From: an uncultured bacterium
GTDB lineage: Bacteria; Omnitrophota; Omnitrophia; Omnitrophales; Aquincolibacteriaceae
Length of the DNA stretch: 64,000 nt
NCBI GenBank assembly: GCA_964482725.1
Contig: CAYZYT010000003.1
Span: 116,010-180,009 of the forward strand
Reading direction: 5' to 3'
Numbering within the stretch: the stretch's first letter is position 1; each line of letters opens with the position of its first letter. Both the position numbers and the translations under genes were made by a program. The notes beneath the pieces are model-generated. The model made no database searches. It was not told the DNA's origin and saw only the letters and a program-made list of their open reading frames with translations. Shown piece by piece: positions 46,895-59,600 of the stretch.

Positions 46895-47164
46895 TGCTTC
46901 GGGCTCTCGAGAGTTGTTAGACGCAGCATTGGGGAAGTTGAGCTTTTCCGGAATGGAGCGAAGGTGAACGAATTCGCCTGTTGCCATGCTTCCTTCCTTT
47001 TGGTATATTATCGCCGCTTCCCATCCGGTTGCGACCAGTGCCTGGCAGGGTTTCAGCGCTATTTTTTCCGCATTTGATTATAATAGTTTTATTCATAAGC
47101 TAGCGCGTTGAAGTAAGAATGTCATTTCCCTGAGTGCTGCTGGTATTAAAAAAGGACCGGACAG

Positions 47165-48217
47165 ATGGCTTTGTCGCCTCGCAAGAAAGCTAAGGTCGTT
47201 AAGAAAAAGCCTTTGAACAAGGCGCAAGGCAACACCTCCGTAAAAAAAACTGCGGCTAAGTCGGCCGCGTCAACTCTCAAGCGGGTCCCCGTCACTAAAC
47301 GATCTGCTCCGGTCCTTTCCGAAGAGAATCTCCCTGTCATTGTTCACGAAACTGTTCCTGAAGCCGTGATCGTTTCGCCCAAAATTGAGAAACGGACGTA
47401 TCAGGAGATGCCGCGCGAACTTCCCGACAACTACGGCGACAATCAGGTTTATCTTATCGTCCGCGATCCTTATTGGGTCTATGCCTACTGGGAGATCCAG
47501 GAAGACCACCAGCGGCACCATCTTGCGAAACTCGGCGGAAGCTGGGAGAGCGTCGTTTCGGTTCTTCGCGTCTATGACACGACGGAAGAAGGCAAGGCCC
47601 CCTCCGTTTCTGATATCGTTCTCCAGAATATGTGCAAGTGTTGGTATGTCAATACCCAGCCGAACCACAGCTATTTTGTCGAGATCGGGCTCCTGCATCG
47701 TGATGGCCGTTTTATCTGTCTTGCCCGCTCCAATCAGGTGATCACCCCGCGATCCGGGATGTCCGAGGTTATTGATGAGCAGTGGATGAGTGTGGATTTT
47801 GATAAGATGTATGCCCTTTCCGGAGGGTTCGAGGTCGGTAAAAGTTCCGCGGAACTCCGCACGCTCATGGAAGAGCGCTTCAAGAATGCGATAACATCAG
47901 GCTCCGGGGCCGGCGCGGTCTCCAGTTTTTCCAGCCCGGTCAAGATCAAGCCGCGCGGCTTCAATTTCTGGCTTGAGTGCGAACTGATTATCTATGGCGG
48001 CACGGAACCTGACGCCAAGGTGACGATGCAGGGAAGACCCGTTCAGCTCCGGCCGGACGGAACCTTTACGCTTCGTTACGGGTTGCCGGACGGAAAATTT
48101 GTGTTTGATTGTCACGCCGAATCCTCGGACGGTATCGAGGAAAGGGTCATCACCCCGATCGTGAGTCGCAATACAGAAAGGCCCGCTCCTGTCATCAAGG
48201 CAGGAAAGCACTCCTAG
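47165..48217 (+). CDS. DUF4912-domain protein (lysine-rich N-terminus) co-located with a GH57 enzyme
   Basis: ..YGDNQVYLIVRDPYWVYAYWEI.. core typical of DUF4912; immediately followed (3 nt) by a GH57 gene. Confidence 0.65.
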   Translation: MALSPRKKAKVVKKKPLNKAQGNTSVKKTAAKSAASTLKRVPVTKRSAPVLSEENLPVIVHETVPEAVIVSPKIEKRTYQEMPRELPDNYGDNQVYLIVRDPYWVYAYWEIQEDHQRHHLAKLGGSWESVVSVLRVYDTTEEGKAPSVSDIVLQNMCKCWYVNTQPNHSYFVEIGLLHRDGRFICLARSNQVITPRSGMSEVIDEQWMSVDFDKMYALSGGFEVGKSSAELRTLMEERFKNAITSGSGAGAVSSFSSPVKIKPRGFNFWLECELIIYGGTEPDAKVTMQGRPVQLRPDGTFTLRYGLPDGKFVFDCHAESSDGIEERVITPIVSRNTERPAPVIKAGKHS

Positions 48218-48219
48218 CT

Positions 48220-49797
48220 ATGGAAAAAGGTTTTCTTTCCATAGTGCTTCACGCGCATCTGCCGTTCATTCGCCATCCTGAACACGAATATTTCTTGGAA
48301 GAGGCCTGGCTTTATGAGGCCATCACCGAGACCTACATCCCGCTTATCCATATGTTCGAGGGCCTGGAGCGGGACAACGTTCCTTGGCGACTCACGATGT
48401 CGCTCACCCCTTCGCTTATGTCCATGCTGCGCGACGAGCTCTTGCAGAACCGCTATCTGCGGCATCTGGACAAGATGATCGAGTTGGCCAATAAAGAGAT
48501 CGAGCGAACGCGTTTCCAGCCTGAATTCCATGAAACGGCGCTCCATTATTATTGGGAATTCACGCGAGCAAAGGACACCTTCGAGAACCGCTATCACAGG
48601 GATCTGACCCAGGCTTTCCGGAAATTTCAGGATCGCGGGCATCTGGAGATCATCACTTGTGCTGCGACGCACGGATTTCTCCCCTTGATTAGCCGCAATG
48701 AAGGGACTGTCCGTGCGCAGATCAAGACCGCGGCGGAACTTTATGAAAAAGTGCTCGGCCGCCGTCCGATCGGCATCTGGCTTCCTGAGTGCGGTTATTA
48801 CCCGGGCGTGGATAAATACTTAAAAGAGCAGGGCATTCGTTATTTTCTGACCGACACGCATGGTATCCTTCATGCCTCGCCGCGTCCGAAGTACGGGGTT
48901 TTCGCGCCGATCTTTTGTCCGAGTGGGGTGGCCGCGTTCGGCCGCGATGTGGAATCTTCCAAGCAGGTCTGGTCGGCCATTGAAGGATATCCTGGCGACC
49001 CGGATTACCGGGAATTTTATCGCGATATCGGTTTCGAACTGGATTTCGATTATATCCGTCCCTATATTTCCCCCGACGGCCTGCGCGTCAATACCGGCAT
49101 CAAATATCACCGTATCACGGGCAGCGGCGAAGATAAAAAACCCTACGTGCGGAACTGGGCCATGCAAAAGGCTGCTTCACACGCCGCGAACTTCATGTTC
49201 AATCGAGAGAAGCAAGCGGAATACCTTTATGACTTCATGGGCCGGAAACCCCTGATCGTGGCTCCTTATGACGCGGAACTTTACGGACACTGGTGGTATG
49301 AAGGTCCGGATTTCTTGAACCTTTTCGTGCGCAAGTCTGCCTTCGATCAGAAGACATTCCGTTTGATCGCGCCGTCCGATTATTTCAAGGAATATCCCGT
49401 CAATCAGGTTTCCACCCCCTGTTTCTCAAGCTGGGGTTGGAAGGGATATAGCGAAACATGGCTTTCCAGTGCCAACGACTGGATCTATCGCCACCTTCAC
49501 AAAGCTTCCTTGCGCATGAGCGAGATGGCCCAGAAATTCCGTGGTCAGAACGGGAATGTCGGCCGTGCGCTCAAACAGGCCGCGCGCGAACTTTTTCTCG
49601 CGCAGTCCAGTGACTGGGCGTTTATCATGCATACGGGGACCGTGGTGCCCTATGCCGTGAAACGGACGAAAGAGCATCTTCTCAATTTCACAAAGATCTA
49701 TGACGATCTTATGAATAACCGGCTTGATGAAGGCTGGCTCCGCGAACTGGAAGGGAAGAATAATATCTTTCCGGATGTGGATCACGAAGTCTTTTAA
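48220..49797 (+). CDS. Glycoside hydrolase family 57 alpha-glucan enzyme (GH57 branching enzyme / amylase-like)
   Basis: N-terminal ..FLSIVLHAHLPFIRHPEHEYFLEEAWLYEAITETYIPL.. GH57 signature and ..WLPECGY.. catalytic region; 525 aa after start correction. Confidence 0.85.
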   Translation: MEKGFLSIVLHAHLPFIRHPEHEYFLEEAWLYEAITETYIPLIHMFEGLERDNVPWRLTMSLTPSLMSMLRDELLQNRYLRHLDKMIELANKEIERTRFQPEFHETALHYYWEFTRAKDTFENRYHRDLTQAFRKFQDRGHLEIITCAATHGFLPLISRNEGTVRAQIKTAAELYEKVLGRRPIGIWLPECGYYPGVDKYLKEQGIRYFLTDTHGILHASPRPKYGVFAPIFCPSGVAAFGRDVESSKQVWSAIEGYPGDPDYREFYRDIGFELDFDYIRPYISPDGLRVNTGIKYHRITGSGEDKKPYVRNWAMQKAASHAANFMFNREKQAEYLYDFMGRKPLIVAPYDAELYGHWWYEGPDFLNLFVRKSAFDQKTFRLIAPSDYFKEYPVNQVSTPCFSSWGWKGYSETWLSSANDWIYRHLHKASLRMSEMAQKFRGQNGNVGRALKQAARELFLAQSSDWAFIMHTGTVVPYAVKRTKEHLLNFTKIYDDLMNNRLDEGWLRELEGKNNIFPDVDHEVF

Positions 49798-49983
49798 AAG
49801 CCAAGAACATAAACGCTAAATCCTAAGCTCTAGAAAAATCCAAAAAGCAAAGTCTTAAAAGAACCAGGGTTCTGAATTTTTGGTTTTGAATGTTTGAGTT
49901 TATTTAGAGTTTAGTGTTTTATGTTTAGAGTTTTCTATGGACATCGGCGTGCGTTTTGCACATTTTCTTAAAATAGAGAGGGT

Positions 49984-50202
49984 ATGATCATGCAGGAACA
50001 GTATTACGGGATCGGTGAAACGGCGGGAAAGATCTATAAAACGTTGGAACAAAAAGGGGAGATGACCCTCGCGAGGCTTCTTAAAGAAGTCGCGACAGAT
50101 GAGGCTCTTTTCAACCAGGCTATCGGTTGGCTCGCCCGTGAGAATAATATTAATTTTGGAAAGATCGGCAAGATCGTTAAGGTGTCTCTCCTGAAGGGGT
50201 AA
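49984..50202 (+). CDS. Small winged-helix-like protein (possible regulator) upstream of the giant gene
   Basis: 72-aa ORF followed by a strong intrinsic terminator; function unknown. Confidence 0.45.
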   Translation: MIMQEQYYGIGETAGKIYKTLEQKGEMTLARLLKEVATDEALFNQAIGWLARENNINFGKIGKIVKVSLLKG

Positions 50203-50231
50203 CTCTTTCATCAAAGATAATCACGCTTTTA

Positions 50232-50268
50232 AGGCGTGGGGCGATCTCTTGGCCCCGCGCCTTTTTTT
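50232..50268 (+). terminator. Rho-independent terminator
   Basis: ggcgtggggc / gccccgcgcc stem (one G-U pair), 9-nt loop, T8 run. Confidence 0.7.
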
Positions 50269-50496
50269 TCTTTCCCCCTGAGTTCCAGCGTCGGCGTAAG
50301 TGCCGGCTTGTCGGCTCCCCCTGAATGCGATGGGGTGTGTGTTTTCGGATAAAAGAAAGTAGCGGTCAGCTGCTCTTCTCGTTGTTTCTCTCTCTGAAGT
50401 CGCTCGTTCTAATCCATGACGGTTAGGCCCGCATTCATTTTCTCCCCAGTTCAATGATTCTTGAAGGGCCGAATTCTATGATTATTTGATTAACGA

Positions 50497-50540
50497 TGCT
50501 ATAAAGTGCTATAAGCGCTGCTATAAATTGTTATAAACGG
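50497..50540 (+). promoter_or_regulatory. Four phased GCTATAA(A/G) direct repeats (10-12 bp spacing) in the promoter region of the giant gene
   Basis: gctataaag-t-gctataagc-gct-gctataaat-t-gttataaac, about 80-120 nt upstream of ATG 50617; AT-rich context. Confidence 0.45.
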
Positions 50541-50616
50541 TGTTTTTTATTAAAAAAGTGATGCGGAGCTATTGATTTACCTCATTTTGTAGAGTATTCT
50601 TCTATTAGGGAAGAAA

Positions 50617-53600
50617 ATGAAAAATAAAAATGTTGTAGACCAACTATGGGAATGCAGTGACTCGAAACGTGGAATGGGGAATGGGGAACGTTCTGCGAAT
50701 TTCGAACTGCAGAAGACAGACCAGAGACTAGAGACTGCAGCCTGGAATTTTGGAACGTGTGACAAGCGTTTGGTTTATGAGTCTCCGGTCTCCAGTCTCT
50801 TGTCTCGAGTCGTTTTCAAAAAAGCGGTGGCGCTTGCGACAGCCTTTGTATTCCTTTGGTCGATGTGCATCACGCCGGTGATGGCGGAAACGATCAATGT
50901 CCAGGGCGGCAGTATTGATGTGAATGTTCAGGACAATACGACGAACTGGAATGTCCAGGGCAATCCCGTGTGGAACGTCCCCGAGTTCAATGTGGCGCAA
51001 GGAAACATTTATAACATCGCGGGTCTTAATCAGGGCTCCAGTCTTGCGCTTCTTGTGAACGGCGGCAGTGCCTCCAACATCTTCGGAACGATGAACCTCT
51101 CCAATCTGGATTTCATTCTTCAAAATATCGCCGGCATCAACATCGGCGGAAGTGCCATGATCAATCTCTCGAACGCGTCCCTAATCGCCTCGACATTGCC
51201 ACTCAACCTGAGCACGACGGATTTTCTCTCAAGGGATTATCAGTTCAGCGGGCAGGGCGGGTTCCTGATGAATGCTGGGAAGATCGTCGGGACAAATGCC
51301 GATCTTGTGGCCCTGGTTGCGAACGCCATCGAAAACCGCGGGACGATCGAAGTACCGATGGGTACCGTGGCGCTTGCTGCGGGGAATACGGTCACCGTTG
51401 GCATCTCGCCGGACGGCATGGTCTCGATCGGTGTCGATGAAGCGACAGCGAACAAAATGGGCTTGAAGGATCAGATCAAGAACAGTGGAAGTATCACGGC
51501 CGACGGAGGCCGGGTGGTCCTGAATGCTCAGGCCATGGACGGGCTCTTTGACAAAGCCATCAGCATTGAACGGAGCGGGAACTCTGTCGATGCAGTCCGG
51601 GCGGATAACGGTACTGTCGATTTCCAATCCATGGATGATGTCTTTAACGATGCGGTTATCAAAGCATCGGGCGGGACCGTCAAGATCGCATCAACCCAAG
51701 GCGCCGTGATGAATGCCGGAACCCTTGAAGCAAACAAGGGCAAAGTTGAAGTGACAGCTGCCCAAGAAGTGACGAATAAGGCGAAGATCGAGGCGATCGA
51801 AGGAGCGATCAAGATCATCTCTGAGAAAAGCGACGTGGTGAATCAGGGGACGATGAAGGCGGACAAGGGTGAGATCAAGATCGCCTCGACCCAGGGTGCC
51901 GTGACGAATGCCGGGACTGTGGTGGCGGCTAAAGGTAAAGTCGAAGTCGTGGCCGCTAAAGACGTGACGAATCAAGCGACCGTTCAGGCGGATGAGGGTT
52001 CGATCATCGTCGTGTCCACGAAAAGAGATGTGGTGAATCAGGGGACAATGAAGTCAGAGAAAGGCGAGGTCAAGATCACCTCCACTCAAGGGAACGTGAC
52101 GAATGCCGGGACGGTTGCCGCGGATCATGGCAAGATCGAAGTGACCGCTAAAAAGGATATTGTGAACGACGCCATCATGAGCGGCGTGGGAGGAGAGATC
52201 AAGGTCAATTCCACCGAAGGGGCTATCACGAATAAAGGCACGCTGAAAGCCGACGACGGAGCCATCAGACTCACGGCGGCGCAAACGGTTTATAACAAAA
52301 AACTTATGGATGCGCGACAGGGCAAGATCGAAGTTGAGTCCGTAAAGAGTGACGTGGTGAACGAAGGGACGATGGCGGCTGAAAAAGGCGAGATCAAAGT
52401 CACGTCTCTGGAGGGCAAGATCACGAACGCCGGCATCATGCAGGCCCAGAGCGGCAATATCAAGCTCACCGCCGAACAGGCGGTTTACAACAAAATGCTC
52501 ATCGAAGCGCTTGGCGGTAAGGTGGAAGTGACCTCCAAGAAAGCGGAGGTTACGAACGATGGTACGCTTGACGCGGTGGGAGGAAAAGTCGCGCTGACTG
52601 CGGCGGGCGCAGTGGAAACAAAGGGCGTTTTGAAAGCGGCGGAAGTGACCGAGCGTGGCGCGAGCTTCAAGATGGGCGGGCGGGTCGAAGTCGGGACGAT
52701 GGATATGGATAACCTCGACAATCGCGCGGACATCGCGGCGCTGGCCGAACTTTCCGGTGTTTTTTCAGACGAAGATGACATTACCGTCCTCGGCGATTTC
52801 AGTCTTGTCGGAGATACCACGATCTGGACCGATTCCAATGTGACTGGGACGGACGGGACGCTCACCTGGGATGCGGATCATACCGTGACTGGGAACGGCC
52901 ACGACCTCACGCTCAAAGTCTCCAAGAATTCCACCGTCGGCGCGATCACAGGCGTGGATCTTCTCACGCTCGACAAGAACACCGACAAGACGCCGACTTA
53001 TACCGGCTCCACCGCCAATGACATCAGCGTGAACACTTTCAAGACCATGAACGGCGTGACCTTTTCCAAGACCGTCACCGGAAGAGACGGCCTCGCCGCG
53101 AATACAGCCTTTCTTGTCTACGATGTGACCCAACTCCAGGGCATGGCCAATGACCTGGATGCCTTTTATGAAGTCGCCAACAACATTGACGCCTCCGAGA
53201 CCTCAAGCTGGAATGCCGGTGCCGGTTTCGATCCTGTGGGAAATGTCGATCCGGGGACCGAGTTTACGGGAACGTTTGACGGTGCAAACCACACCATTTC
53301 TGATCTTAAGATCAGCACCTCTTCCGACAATGTCGGCCTTTTCGGCTATATCTCCGGGGCCGGAGCCATGATCTCAGATATCCGGCTCTTGAATGTCGCT
53401 GTCGCGGGCGGTACTTACGTTGGCGGACTCGTAGGATTTAATGCCGGCGGCTCCGTTGATAATGCAGGCAGCAACGGGACTGTTAGTGGTAGTAATGTCG
53501 GCGGGCTAGTGGGACAGAATGAAGGTTTTATCAGTAACTCTTACGGCGGCGGAACCCTCAGCGGTGGCAATGTCGGCGGCTTCGTGGGATACAATACGGG

Positions 53601-56600
53601 CACTATCAGCTACTCCTACAGTACGGGGAGTGTCAGCGGCGGTAACAATGTCGGCGGATTGGTGGCGGTGAATAGTGGACCTATCAGTTACTCCTATAGC
53701 AATGCAGATGTTTTTAGCAGCAATTCTTCTATCGGCGGGTTGGTGGGAAATAACTCCTTTGCTACCATCAGTAACTCCTACAGCACCGGACGCGTTTTCG
53801 GCGGTCAGTATGTGGGCGGGTTGGTGGGTATCAACGATAACGGTTTTGTCAATAATTCCTACAGCACAGGAAATGTTGTTGGAAGTGGTTCTTATTATAG
53901 CAATGGTCAGTACATCGGCGGGTTGGTGGGAGGTAACTGGTATGGCTCGGTCACTGATTCCTACAGTACGGGAAGTGTAAGCGGCGGAATCCGTGTGGGG
54001 GGATTGGTGGGTATGAACGATTGGAGTTCCATCAATAATTCCTATGCGACAGGAAATGTATCAGGCAATACCGCGTCTAACAATTTAGTCGGGCCTCTCA
54101 CAGGTACTCAGGGCACTATTAATAATTCCTACTACGTGTCAGGCACTGCCAGCAATAGTGGCGGCGGTACAGTCAATACCTATGGAACCGGGACTGATAC
54201 CGTAGCCAATTTTCAGAATCCGGCTCACACAGCCTTGGTTTACACAGCGGGTGCTTCTCCTTGGACATTCAATGCCTCCAACTGGAAGGTCGTGACCTAC
54301 GATGATGATTATCCCTATCTGACGTTCGAGGAGAATGTTAATACGGCGGCTCAACTTAAAGCTATCTCTGGCGGTGATTTAACGGCCCGATACAGGCAGG
54401 GCGCCGATATCGATCTGACCAGCGTAGATTTTACCTCCTATATCATCGGTAACACTACGGCTTTTACGGGCACATACAATGGCAATGGTTATACTATTTC
54501 TAATCTTACAATAAGTGCGCCGACCACGGATAATGTCGGGCTCTTCGGATCCACATCCAACGCGACGATCCTTTCCAACATACATCTCCAGAACGTGGAT
54601 ATTTCCGGTCAATCGAGCGTCGGCGGATTGGTGGGGTCCAATAGCGGTGCTTTTATCAGCAATTCATCGGTTTCCGGGATTGTAAGCAGTACAGGTGATT
54701 ATGTAGGCGGGCTTGCGGGATCGAGCTTTGGCTCTATCAGTAATTCTTACAGCTCCGGCAGTGTAACAGGCGGTGGCGATTATGCCGGCGGGTTGGTGGG
54801 AAGTGTTTTTTTTAGCACCCTCAGTAACACCTACAGTACTTCGAGCGTAAGCGGTCATGATTATGTGGGCGGGTTGGTGGCATACAGTGAAGGTATAACC
54901 ATTCTTAACTCCTACAGCACCGGGAATGTAAGCGGTGCTAGCTATGTCGGTGGTTTGCAGGGATTTAGTGATGGTTCCATCGATAATTCGTTTAGTACAG
55001 GACGTGTCACTGCTACCGGTAGTTATGTGGGCGGTTTGGTGGGAGGAAATTGGAGCACAATTACCAATTCCGGATGGTATGACAACGCCGGAGATAGTGC
55101 CACTTATGCCATCGGAAGCGCCTCAGCGGACATCACCTACAATGTCGGGAAAGCAGGTACGGACGGAGGCGGCAAATATTACTATGCATCTTCTGACTCG
55201 ACCTGGTTCTTCGATTCCTCGAAGGATATTTATGATACGGGCGCGACTCCGTGGGATATTGCCGCAACGCATGATGGCTCTGCTTGGGCGATGTCGGGGA
55301 GTAATAGCGCGTTCCCGCTCCTGCAGATGCGTTACTCCACGACGATTACTGACGCTGTTCAGCTCCAGTTGATGTTCCTTGATCTCGCAGGTAATTACAC
55401 TCTCGCCAACAACATCAGCGCTGCGGAAACCTCGACCTGGAACGCTGGTCTCGGATTCGATCCGGTGGGAGACAGTACGAATGAATTCAGGGGAATTTTT
55501 GACGGTAATTCGAAGGTGATCACAGGCCTTACGATCAACAGAGAAACCGAGAGTTATGTCGGCCTTTTTGGGCAAACAAGCGCCGCGACAATTTCAGACA
55601 TCGGCCTCTCTGACGTCAATGTCAAAGGCCTCGAGTTTACCGGCGGACTGGTGGGCTACAATTACAACAGCACGATCGAAAATTCTTTTTCAGCAGGTAC
55701 CGTGACGGGCGCTGATGCGAGTTCCCAAATCGGAGGTCTCGTGGGTAAAAATGATTCTTCAGGCGAGATTACCCATTCTTATTCCACCGGGACTGTCACT
55801 GCCGGCAGCGGGAGTTATCGTGTCGGCGGGCTTGTGGGTTATGCCGGCTCTACAAGTAATATCAACGATTCCTATTCCACGGCGGACGTGACAGGCGTCG
55901 GCGATAGTTCTTATCTCGGCGGTCTTTTGGGCTTTAATAATGGCGGTGCCATCGCCAGCTCTTACGCGTCAGGTACCGTAACAGGCGGCGTTGGAAGCTA
56001 CAATATGGGCGGCCTTGTCGGGACGAATTATAACGGCGGCACGATCAATAAGTCCTACTCCACCGGGGCTGTCACGGGAAATGACGACAGTTATCAACTG
56101 GGCGGACTTGTGGGGCAAAACGGTACTGCCGGCGCTGCAAGCGTGGTCAGCAACTCTTATTCCACGAGTAACGTAACGGGCGGCAGCAATAGTTATCGTC
56201 TCGGTGGACTTGTGGGAGAGAACAGCTCCAGCGATATTACCAACGCCTATTCATCCGGAACTGTCGCAGGTGCAGACGGTACCTCCCAAGTGGGCGGTCT
56301 TGTGGGTTTTAATAATTCAGGCGACGTCACGAACTCCTTTTCGGCAGGCGCCGTCACCGGCGGTACCGGCAGCGACCACATCGGCGGTCTTGTCGGTGAT
56401 GATGTCACCGGCACCTACGTCAACAACTGGTATGTTTCCACCAGCCAGGGGATTAGCAATAAAGCGGATGTTGTAGGCGAGGTGAGCAAGGAGACCGACG
56501 GCGCGAGCGCTTTCTTTGATTCTGCGCATCCGGTCTATTGGCTTAATGGCATTCCCTCAGGGACGGCTGCTTGGGATATCCATACGACTTACAATGCCAG

Positions 56601-59600
56601 CAATATATGGGCGATGCAGGGGACAGGCGAAATGCTTCCGATGCTCCAGATGCGCTATGCGACGGACATCACGGATGCCGTATCGTTACAGCTGATGTTC
56701 CTCAACCTCGCAGGCAATTACACCCTCGCAAATAACATCGATGCTTCGGAGACTGCGACCTGGAATGCCGGTCTTGGCTTCGATCCGGTGGGCAATAACG
56801 CGGGCCGGTTCACGGGTTCGTTCGACGGGAACGGATATTCCATCAGCGGGCTGATCATCGATCGGACCACGGATCATACCGGTCTCTTCGGTTACGCGCA
56901 GTCCTCCAACAGTTTCACCGATGTTAACCTCACGGGCGTGTCGATCACGGGCGCCAATAACGTTGGCGGCTTGATCGGAACGAGTGACGGAGTGAGCGTG
57001 TCGGGTTCTTCCGTGGCCGGCGCGGTGAGCGGCTCGGGCCAGCAGATCGGCGGCCTCATCGGTTTTATGACGGAGGGAATTCTTTCGGACTCCTACACGA
57101 CGGCTTCCGTGACCGCTACGGGAACGAGCGATAGCGTGGGTGGCATTGTCGGCGGGCTTACAGCCGGGACGATCGAGAGAGCTTATGCCTCCGGAGATAT
57201 TTCAGGTTATGGGAATGTGGGCGGCATTGCCGGATATGCGGACACTTCCAGCACGATCAAAAATGTTTACTCCACCGGACACGTGACGGGGACTTCCTGG
57301 TGCATCGGCGGTATCGTTGGCTGGTTTGATTCGAGCACGCTTGAAAATTCCTACGCCTCGGGAAGGGTCGAGGGTGGCTCGGGCGACAGCGGGGATGTGG
57401 GCGGACTTGTAGGAACCAACAAATCGACCAGCACGGTGAAGAATTCTTTCGCGACGGGACTGGTCACCGGCCAAACCGATGTGGGCGGCGCAATCGGCGA
57501 TAACGCCAGCGCTACGAATGTGAACAACTGGTGGTACAGCGCCACCGCCCAGGGCGTCGGGGCCGGTTCCGCGTCGGGAGTGAGCCAGGAGACGAACGGT
57601 GCTGCAGCTTTCTACGACCCCAGCCATCCAGTGTATAACGGCACCACAACCTGGGATTTCGCCACACCGGTTTGGGTGGAAACCGCGAATACCTATCCTC
57701 TCTTAGCGTTTCAATTCACAGTCATCTCGACTCCTGAACAGTTAGAGGCGGTGTCGAGTGGTAATCTTGCCGGATACTATCGGCTTGGAGACGATATTGA
57801 TCTGGCCGGTATTGATTTTACGCCTTATATGATCGGGAATGATGCCACGGCATTCTCAGGTATCTTTGCGGGGGCCGGGCATACGATATCCAATCTATCC
57901 ATAAACAGCGGATCGAATAACGTGGGATTGTTCGGATATACGAATGGCGCCCGATTTTCAAATATTGGATTGATCAATACCGATGTCACAGGCACCGGTT
58001 ATGCCACCGGGGGATTAGTGGGGGTGAGTTACTACTCCGCCATAGCCCATGCCTATTCCTTGGGGACTGTAACGGGTTCTTTTATCACCGGCGCCTTGGT
58101 GGGCTATAATTTCTCTTCGCCTATTTCTAATTCTTATGCCGCGAGTACTGTCGTGGGTTATCAAACCACCGGCGGCTTGGTAGGAAGTAATTCCTACTCC
58201 GACATCTCTAATTCCTACTCCACGGGCACTGTCACAGGGACGGGAACCGGCGGAGGTGATTATTCCACCGGCGGCTTAGTGGGATGGAATGAAGCATCCA
58301 CCATCTTTAGTTCTTATTCCGCGAGCGCCGTAACAGGTGCGGGTTATTCCACCGGCGGTTTAGTGGGATGGAATGGTTACGCCATCATCTCGAACTCCTA
58401 TTCCGTCGGTCCGGTCATAGGAACTGGTTATGCCACCGGCGGCTTAGCCGGAGTTAATAATTTGTCCGAGATCACCAACTCCTACTCTGCGGGTACTGTG
58501 GCAGGCAATAATGCCGCCGGAGGGGTGGTGGGATTTAACCGCTATTCCACCATCACCAACTCCTTTGCCACCGGGAGGGTGGATGGTTCTCTGTACATCG
58601 GCGGCCTTGTGGGCGACGATTTCAGTGGCACCTATGCCAACAGCGGTTGGTACAAAGATCCCGCCGGCGATGCCGTCTACGCCATAGGGGACACTTCGAC
58701 GGACGCTACCTATAACGTAGGAAAGTCCGGTACAGATTCAGGGGACCTACATTACTTTTCTACTGCCACCCCGAGCTGGTTCTACGATAAAACGCAGGAC
58801 ATTTATGATACAGGCGCGACGCCGTGGGATTTTGATGCGGATGGTGTTTCGGCTGGACATAACGGCAACTGGATCATGGCGGGCCTGCCGCACCTGCAGA
58901 ATGAATGGACGGACACCATTACCAACGTCGCGCAACTCCAGATGATGGCGCTTGATCTTGATGCCAATTACACCCTCGCCAATAATATCGATGCTTCGGA
59001 TACCGTCAACTGGAACGCTGGCCTCGGCTTTGATCCGGTGGGGTATTCGACCATTGTGAATTCGATGGACCATCCTTATACCGGAAATTTTGATGGGAAT
59101 TCCCATACGATCACGGGGCTTACGATCAATCGTCCCACAGAGGATTTCGTGGGTCTTTTTGGAGGTATCTCGGGGAATGTACACGATGTCGGGCTTACCA
59201 ATGTGTCTGTCACAGGGGCTGCGTATGCCAGCGGCTTAGTTGCCATGAACCTTGGTACGATCGATAAATCATATTCACAAGGTGCCGTTAGCGGTTCAGA
59301 CGCTGTTGGCGTGCTATGTGGATATAATGGATATCTCTCGGGCTCTATTTCGAATTCCTATTCAACGGGAACAGTTCGCACCAGTTGGAGAGACGTGGGG
59401 GGACTGGTCGGGACCAATGCCGGCATCATTCTCAACAGCTATTCATCGGCTGCTGTGACAGGAGGATCGCTTACCACTTCCGGGGGTCTCGTGGGGTATT
59501 TCCCCGCAGGGAGTATCTCTAACAGCTACGCAACGGGGATTGCCACAGGTCCCAGCAATGTGGGCGGGCTGATTGGCTATTATAGTGCCGGTACGCTGAC

